A DNA stretch of 64,000 bases from Entomortierella parvispora E1425 (lineage: Eukaryota > Fungi > Mortierellomycota): positions 1,302,001 to 1,366,000 of the forward strand of contig BQFW01000003.1 of NCBI GenBank assembly GCA_020891255.1. The letters are read 5' to 3'. Shown piece after piece: positions 57,366-64,000 of the stretch. Each line of letters opens with the position of its first letter. Within the stretch, counting starts at the first letter, position 1. The notes under the pieces are model-generated. The model was given only the letters and a program-made list of their open reading frames with translations, was not told where the DNA came from and ran no database searches. Made by a program: the position numbers and the translations under genes.

Positions 57366-60300
57366 CTACTGGTACTCAGGATAGAGTGCCCGGATGGCCT
57401 TCTCCATCCACGCTACATATGCCATTCCAGTCTCCATTGCTGGAGCATGCTCGCCCACTAGACTTGCCAAGCTCTCGTACAATTCATTATCTGGCATGTT
57501 CGCCAACAATGCGCGGCGCTCGCTCGGTGACAGCGAAGCCTCTGGCTCGCTTCTCTTCCCAGAGTCGATGGACGCCAAGGGAGAGTGGTTCTCGCCAGCG
57601 AGACTCCGCTTCGTGAGGCCTGCAAAAGAATAGTCGATTTGGATAAAGGCCGGTACGTTGTTTTGAGAGTATTCAATCGTGGTATCGTATCCAACGCCCA
57701 AGGCACCGCCGACGACCAGCTCCAGCTCAGATTCAAAGTCAACGTCCACAGTGCCCCCGGTCAGCACGGCCAAGTTCTTGGGGATGAACTGCGTCACCAA
57801 GAAGAGGGCAAATTGATAGCCTGTAGGACATTGCAGTGAGACAACAGGCGATACAGTATCGACATAGGGGTTCACCGCAAAGGGTATGTGAGCGTGATCC
57901 ACGCCTCCAAAGTAATTGCCTGCGTCCAAAAAGAATTGAAGTGCCAGTTTTCAAGGTCAGTTATGACTCTCGCAAGTGTAGACATCCTTCCAACAATTAC
58001 TTTAAATTTTCGCTGAATTTTTTTTTTTACCTTCCCAGTAGACCGATGCAGTCATGGTCTCTATCCAGATAACAGTCGCCAATGGGTTTGCAGCCGTTAC
58101 TTGAAGGGGAAGTAGGCGAGGGCCCAAGACTTGTCCCAAAGTGGGCGCGCTTGTACCAGCCTTGATCAGTTGGGGTGCTGGGATCATGCCGGGAAGGGTC
58201 GTCGTCATAGTCAGGGCCTTGAGAGTAGGAAGGATGGACGCAATGTTACTTGTATTTTCGTCGCCATAGATAGACGTCGAAAAACTTTCCCCGGACACAA
58301 AGCCAGATAAAAATTGCTCTCCATAGGTTTGGTTGGTCGGTTGGAACAAGATGGTGGCTGGCACAATGTTCATGCCAGGCTTCATAACCAAGTTGGCGAT
58401 GGTCGCTGTGCCAATATACCCGTCTGTACCGTTGACGACACACTTAAGCTGTAGCACAATTTGCCCAAGGGTCACCGAGAAAATAGACGGGTTGTCGAGA
58501 CCCACGTTGCCAGTAATTGGAATATTCTCGGTAGTTCCGCCAATGACCAAAATGTCTGAAACGGCCGGCGTTTGGGAAGAAAAGCTGATGCCTTTCAGGG
58601 ACAGGGTGGTATTGAGGGGCACGGTCAGATGTACGGTACCCAACGAGGTGACGGCCACGCCTTGAGCACTTCCGGTAATCTCGATAGAGGCCTCGGCGTC
58701 CAGGGCAATCGCATTCATGAAATTGATGAACGCGCTTTGGTCATAAATATTCATGGGTGAGGGGGGGACCGAGAAAACAACCTTGTTGTTTGGCATATCA
58801 GAGGCAGTTGTGTTCCAAATAGCAGAGTCGAGCTGGACAAAGGACACGTTTTGGAAAGCCATCTTGAAAGTCGTATTCGCAAGTTCGGTGATGTTGATTG
58901 TGATGTTGAAGGGGATCTTGAAGTCTGCCGAGACGGAGTCCGAGTTCACGGTGGGGCTCCAAGGATTGGCCTCGCTCATGACCAAGCTCATGTCGTTGAT
59001 GGAAATGTTCTTGATCACGTCCATAGGAGTCACCGCTTGAAGAGGGACAGTAAGTGTCGTCGATGTAATGGCATTGGTGAGCCATGAGATGGCATGGACG
59101 CCATCGGGGAAGACGGAAACACCTTTTCCAGTGGCCAAGGTTGGGATATTAGCAAGGTAATTGGACATGAGTAAGGAGAGTTCGGCTTCATGGACCTGGT
59201 CGGTCTGCTTGTACAACTGACCCTCCAGATTCAAGGCCATGTCCTGTCCACCGATGAGACTAACATTTTTGGCGACAACTCGGCCGAGGTAGGCAGTCTC
59301 AAAGTACAAGTCCAGTGTGATGGTGCCGAGGACCATACCAATTGGAGATGGGTTTGGAATTGTAGCCTGGATGGAAACCAAGGCGCCGTTTCCGTCCGGG
59401 GCATCCGCCGGGAGATTAAACCCCAAAATCTTGATATTTGCAAAGTTGTCGAGTCCTATTCAATACGTGAAGAGTGTCAGTCAAAGGCGCACTTCATTCT
59501 CTCTACAGACTCCACGGTCGAACAGCGGTAGCACAATTGTGGAGGAGCTGTCTTTGGGTCTGTGCTGAGTTATAGTTGTTTGGCAACTGTTGACATCACA
59601 ATGGCTCGTTGGAGCGAGAAGTAGAGAGCGAGCCGAGAAGATAACCCCAGCGAAGAGGAACGCTTCTTTAGGTTTGATTGGAGATGTGCTGCTTACCATT
59701 CATGTTCAACTTCTTGTTGATGTTCAAGTTTTTAATGGTTTGGCCTACCACCTTTACCGTTGCGACACTTGACATAGTCCAAACGAATCCGTCAGCCGAT
59801 AGCTATCAACAAGGGAACAGCCCAGAACGATAGCAAGTGAGCGTTGTCTCCTCTGTCTCTAAAAACTGAAATTCCATCCAGGGTGCAGTTCACTTTGACG
59901 GACGACCAAAAAAAAAAAAAAAAAAAAAAAACACTTCGGCTCATATCACAGCAGCAGGGTCACCAAAAAAAAGGACAATCGGGCAAGACTTCTTGTTAAA
60001 CATGGTCAACTCAGGTTCGGGTTGTTTTGTAGATATCTGCAATTTCTCGTCCAGCCCTGCCTCTAGTAAATTTGCTGACTCAAATCCTTTGATCCGTTCC
60101 ACGAATCCAATGGTCTATTGGTGTTATACTTTTGCCCCAGCTATAGTATTGAGCGCCTGCAACTGCCTCAACATTAATGGCGTCTGTCGGATTACACGTT
60201 TCCTTCGGCTCCTCGTCCTCATCCTAAACAGAACACAAGAAAGCGGGCCAGTGCCTGTTTTTCCTGTATGTGCTACCATATCGACCAAAATCCATGCTCT

Positions 60301-61240
60301 GTAATAGTATTTTCCGAACCTCCTGAAACTTTTTTTCATTCTTCCATACGGCAAAGAGTCCATGGCCATCCAAACGGCTCTAAAGAGTGAACCGAGAAGC
60401 AACAAGGATGTGGAGAAACCGTTCTTGTTTTCAAACTCCTCTCTTTTTCCTAGAAACGATGCATGCAGCTGACATGGCCCAAGCTGCCATGGCGTTGTGG
60501 AGACCAAATCTAAATATTGTCCGAAGATAGAATCTCGCTCACCCTCCCTCTCGCACTTGTACTCCACTGCCTTGCTTCTTCTCTCCCTCTTGTCAGTTGT
60601 AATAAAGAAGGCCAAGCAAAAAAAGGAGGGGCTCAAAACTCACCATCACTTTGGCAAACTCGCCAAAGGCGGTCGTATTCTGGATCTGAAGGGTCGTTGT
60701 CTGAAGGATATCACCCTTGCCCTTCTTGACATACACCGTTGCGAGGCTCATGTTGCCAAGTAGCACACCGTCCCAGGAGACATCCACTGTCTTTGTGAAT
60801 TCCATCGAAGCCGAGAAGAGCTTGGGGATCCCACTGACAGTAGCCAGGACAGAGACGGTCATTTCTGTCTCTCCAGGGTTCGTCATATTCAGCTGGACCA
60901 CATTCATCCCTGCTTTGTTCATCATCGATTGTGCAATTGCGGGCAAGGCAAACTTGAGGAACAAGGGGATGAAGATGGCCAAGAATACGACCGTGGCGAT
61001 CAGACACCCGACAATGTATCTCTTGCGACGGTAGATGGGCTTGCGGTAGGGCTTGTGAGCAGAGTTGTATTCGTGGAAGGATTCGTATTCCTCAAACTCG
61101 TGTTCTTCACCCTCTCCTTTGTGGAGGTTGTGAGAATTGTCTCTGGTGACATCTTGATAATCGGTTTCCTCGTCTCTGTAGGGTAGGTCTTCTGTTGAAG
61201 ACGCAAGCTTTTCGCGCATCGAATCAAGAGATGATGGCAT
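57366..61240 (-). CDS. Tag1/DUF3712-like type II membrane protein with LEA_2-type lumenal repeats; exons 61240-60644, 59802-59697, 59455-58031, 57919-57366; 893 aa
   Basis: Acidic N-terminus, RRKRY then transmembrane IVGCLIATVVFLAIFIPLFL, LSADGFVWTM, GFNLPADAP, IPNPSPIGMVLGTITL, LDNPSIFSVTLG. The hand-built splice model keeps the frame (2682 nt). Confidence 0.85.
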
Positions 61241-62477
61241 GACGAAATTAAGAATTCCTGATGTTGAAATCAGACTTTTTGTGAAAAGAGTGGAGAGAAG
61301 GTGAGGGCAAAAGCCTTCAGCGTGGCCAGAAGGAGAGGGGGAAGTGATGGGGGCAGAAGTAGAGGGAAATGAGGGTGAGGTTGGACCTGAGGACGAAACA
61401 GAAGAGGGAAGAAAAAGAAAAAGAAAAACAACGAACTGAGAAATGACACTGATGAGCCTGTCCGTGCCAGGCACTTACAAGGTCATGCTGATGCATACAC
61501 AATGGGTACCTTGGAGAACAAACAACGAGGCTGGAAGTGGCGCCGTTCCTTGCTATCCAGTGGAGCAATTGAAAAAAATGAAGTCAAGGCGACCATTTGG
61601 GGCCGTGCGAAGTCGAAAAAATCTTCCTCTCCCACATTGAACGGGAAAAAACAACAGAGAGACGGGCAAACAAGAGCGCTAACAAGGTCCAAGTGTCCTT
61701 TCTTTTCGAGCCAGCATTTGGTCTGGTTACACTCAAAGTGTCCAGTCAAACGCCCAACACCCACGGGCACACAATTGGTTTCGTCTCTGAACAACAAACA
61801 GGTCAGGTTGACAATAATGATACGGCACACAAAAATTGGGCCATATATTCGACTCCGGAGATAGAGGAAGTAACAAGGAGACATTCGGGGCAGGCATGGT
61901 CGTGTGTGTGCCCACATTGGCAGGCAATAATGATATCGGTACACAATAATGATATCGACGACATTGCAGTTTGGGCAAACGAGTTGTGCACTGTTCAGCC
62001 TTGTTCTTTTGTTTGTGGAGAAATCAAGAACCAGCGACAAGGCAGGGATGCTCAACAGGGTGAGAGCAGGACACATGTTTAAATCACTGCACGAATGAGA
62101 TGAATAGTGCACACTACACAAAACGTCAGTTGTGCGGCTCATAGTACTTTCTACGGGCTAAAGGACACCTAGACGAATACAAAAAAACAAGGGTTACTTT
62201 GTTCCTTGCTTCCTGTCGACCGGAACGGGTCGCACACGGGAGCGAAATGAAAAATAAGCCAGATCGACAGTTGTCGCGGTTCGGACGCGTCCCTGCCGCG
62301 TGTTTCAGGTCATACAGATGTATGAAAACGATGAGTCCGTGTTTGAGCCCGTTATCGTACATGCCTCGTTCTTTTTCTTTCATTCATGACACTTTTCATT
62401 ATTATTTCTTCAAAGAGGAAGGAGACAGGGTCTATCTGGCTATCAGTTATAAGATTGGTGGGGTTTGTGCGTACTAA

Positions 62478-64000
62478 TTACTGGTTCAGCTCAGCAACAT
62501 ACTTCTGGGCCTCAGTAGGGTAAGCGGCAAACAAGGCCTCCTTCAACCACTGGACATACTCCAATCCACTCTCCGGTGCAGGCTCTGGTCTCAGCTCCAA
62601 GGCCATGCTCTCTTCTGACCGTCTTTTCAATCCATTCGCAAAGCTCATATCCAACTTCAAGAATGCAGGGACAGCCGTTTGGTTATAGGCAATCGTCGAA
62701 GCGTAACCTGCGCCTGCTGGACCACCGACAGTCACTCCGATGCTGGACGTCATGTCCACATCCACAATTGCACCCGTCAGAACACCCAAGTTGGCTGGCA
62801 AGAATGTTGAGATCATAAACATTCCAAACTGGAAACCGGTAGGAGCTTGAAGGGTCAAGGAAGGCGAAGGCGACGTGGCGCCCACAGCAATGGAGAATGG
62901 GGTGTTGGCCTCAATGGAGCCAAAGAAGTTCCCCTGCCAGAACACGTTAGCCGCGATCGTGTTAAGGGAAAGCGAGGTCTGAAGAGGGTTCAGGACCGAG
63001 ACGGTCAAAGGAATCTGGCGGTTTCCAACCACACTGCCCAGAGAAGGCGCACCGTTACCGCTGACAATCAAACGAGGTGCAGGGATGATACCGGGGACCT
63101 TGACCTTCAAGGCCAAGGCCTCGGCAACGGGCTGCATCGATGTGATGTTTGTCGAATCAGATGCACCGGTAATAACGCAGTCAAATATCGTTCCTGCAAC
63201 AAATTCGGAGAAGAAGGTATTTCGGAAAGCTGCATCTGTAGGATGGAAAAGGACCTGAGTTGTAATAGTGGTCTGACCGGGACCAAACTTGAGGTTGGGA
63301 ACAATGACATCACCCATCAATCCAGACAAACCGCCGGCAGTGCCGCTGATCTTCAAGTTCATGGGACCAGCGTCCACCGAGAAGATTGAAGGGTTGTTGA
63401 TGCCCACATTGGCGTTCAGGGTCACGTACTCGGTCGAGCCTCCAACGACAGTAACATTTGTGATCGTGGGGGAGTTGACTGCGAATCCGATACCGTTCAA
63501 AGCGATTGTGGAGGTGAAGGGAACCTTCAGGCTAACAACACCCATGGGGGTGGTAGCAACAGAGTCAGCACTTCCTTTGATATCGAATCCAGACTTGGTG
63601 TTCTGAACAACATCCACCAAGAAGGCCTGGAAGGCATCATGAGCGTCTGCATTGACGTTCAAAGGCGAAGGAGGAAGGGTAAAGACAATCTTGTTGTTGG
63701 GCATGTCAGACTCGGTCTGGTTCCAGACAGCAGTGGTCAAGTCGGCAAGAGCAGTTCCGTTGTAGATCAGAGTCATGGTTGCATTTGCTAGTTGGGTGAT
63801 GTTGAGCGAGATGTTGAAGGGCAACTTGAACGTGGCCGAAACGACGTTCGAGTTGGCAATGGGGGCCCATGGAGCATCAGGGCTGATGACAAGGCCCATA
63901 TCCTGGATATCCATGCCCTGAATGACGTTCAAAGGAGTGGGAGAGATCAAGGGAACAGTCATGGTCATGGCCTGGACAGCCGAGGTCAACCAAGAGACAC
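62478..64000 (-). CDS. Tandem Tag1/DUF3712-like paralog, 5' part outside the window
   Basis: Colinear with the 57366-61240 protein (VSATFKLPFNISLNITQL vs VSADFKIPFNITINITEL; SDMPNNK; GINNPSIFSV; PGIIPAPRLI; APTGFQF). Confidence 0.88.
   Translation of the reverse strand, partial: VSWLTSAVQAMTMTVPLISPTPLNVIQGMDIQDMGLVISPDAPWAPIANSNVVSATFKLPFNISLNITQLANATMTLIYNGTALADLTTAVWNQTESDMPNNKIVFTLPPSPLNVNADAHDAFQAFLVDVVQNTKSGFDIKGSADSVATTPMGVVSLKVPFTSTIALNGIGFAVNSPTITNVTVVGGSTEYVTLNANVGINNPSIFSVDAGPMNLKISGTAGGLSGLMGDVIVPNLKFGPGQTTITTQVLFHPTDAAFRNTFFSEFVAGTIFDCVITGASDSTNITSMQPVAEALALKVKVPGIIPAPRLIVSGNGAPSLGSVVGNRQIPLTVSVLNPLQTSLSLNTIAANVFWQGNFFGSIEANTPFSIAVGATSPSPSLTLQAPTGFQFGMFMISTFLPANLGVLTGAIVDVDMTSSIGVTVGGPAGAGYASTIAYNQTAVPAFLKLDMSFANGLKRRSEESMALELRPEPAPESGLEYVQWLKEALFAAYPTEAQKYVAELNQ

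Noticed and set aside
59908-59931. Poly(A) tract as a retroelement tail
   Set aside because: Long A/T runs are common in introns throughout the window; no target-site duplication or element body was seen.
10828-61240. Vacuole theme (AMS1, AP-3 delta, Tag1-like genes)
   Set aside because: The genes are dispersed among unrelated ones, with no evidence of co-regulation in the sequence.

Overview
Intron-rich, gene-dense fungal DNA with canonical GT-AG introns, mostly 60-130 bp. It is probably an early-diverging Mucoromycota genome, with Mortierellaceae an inference from gene content and style. Spliced models were built by hand from the ORF track and splice signals. In order: HEM13, mitochondrial bL17, CNS1, Pcl7-like cyclin, PHO84, AMS1, then a rearranged accessory pocket (15.8-20 kb). 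That pocket holds a CAP gene, a 93%-identical scrap of a neighbouring gene, a Harbinger-like Myb/SANT gene with a possible transposase tail, and a CAP pseudogene. Next come a 2379-aa secreted, cysteine-free protein built of about 15 LEA_2/DUF3712-like repeats, an F-box/LRR gene, a 1390-aa Q/P-rich type II membrane candidate ending in HDEL, and an MMACHC/CblC cobalamin-processing homolog. The window ends with a SMAP-domain protein, GPD1, a CD2AP/CIN85-like triple-SH3 adaptor, pyruvate kinase, AP-3 delta, and two tandem Tag1/DUF3712-like paralogs, the last truncated by the window edge. The strongest candidate for an undescribed system is the LEA_2/DUF3712 repeat set: one giant secreted rod plus membrane-anchored paralogs, possibly an extracytoplasmic lipid conduit (inference). 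No rRNA, tRNA or CRISPR array was recognised.
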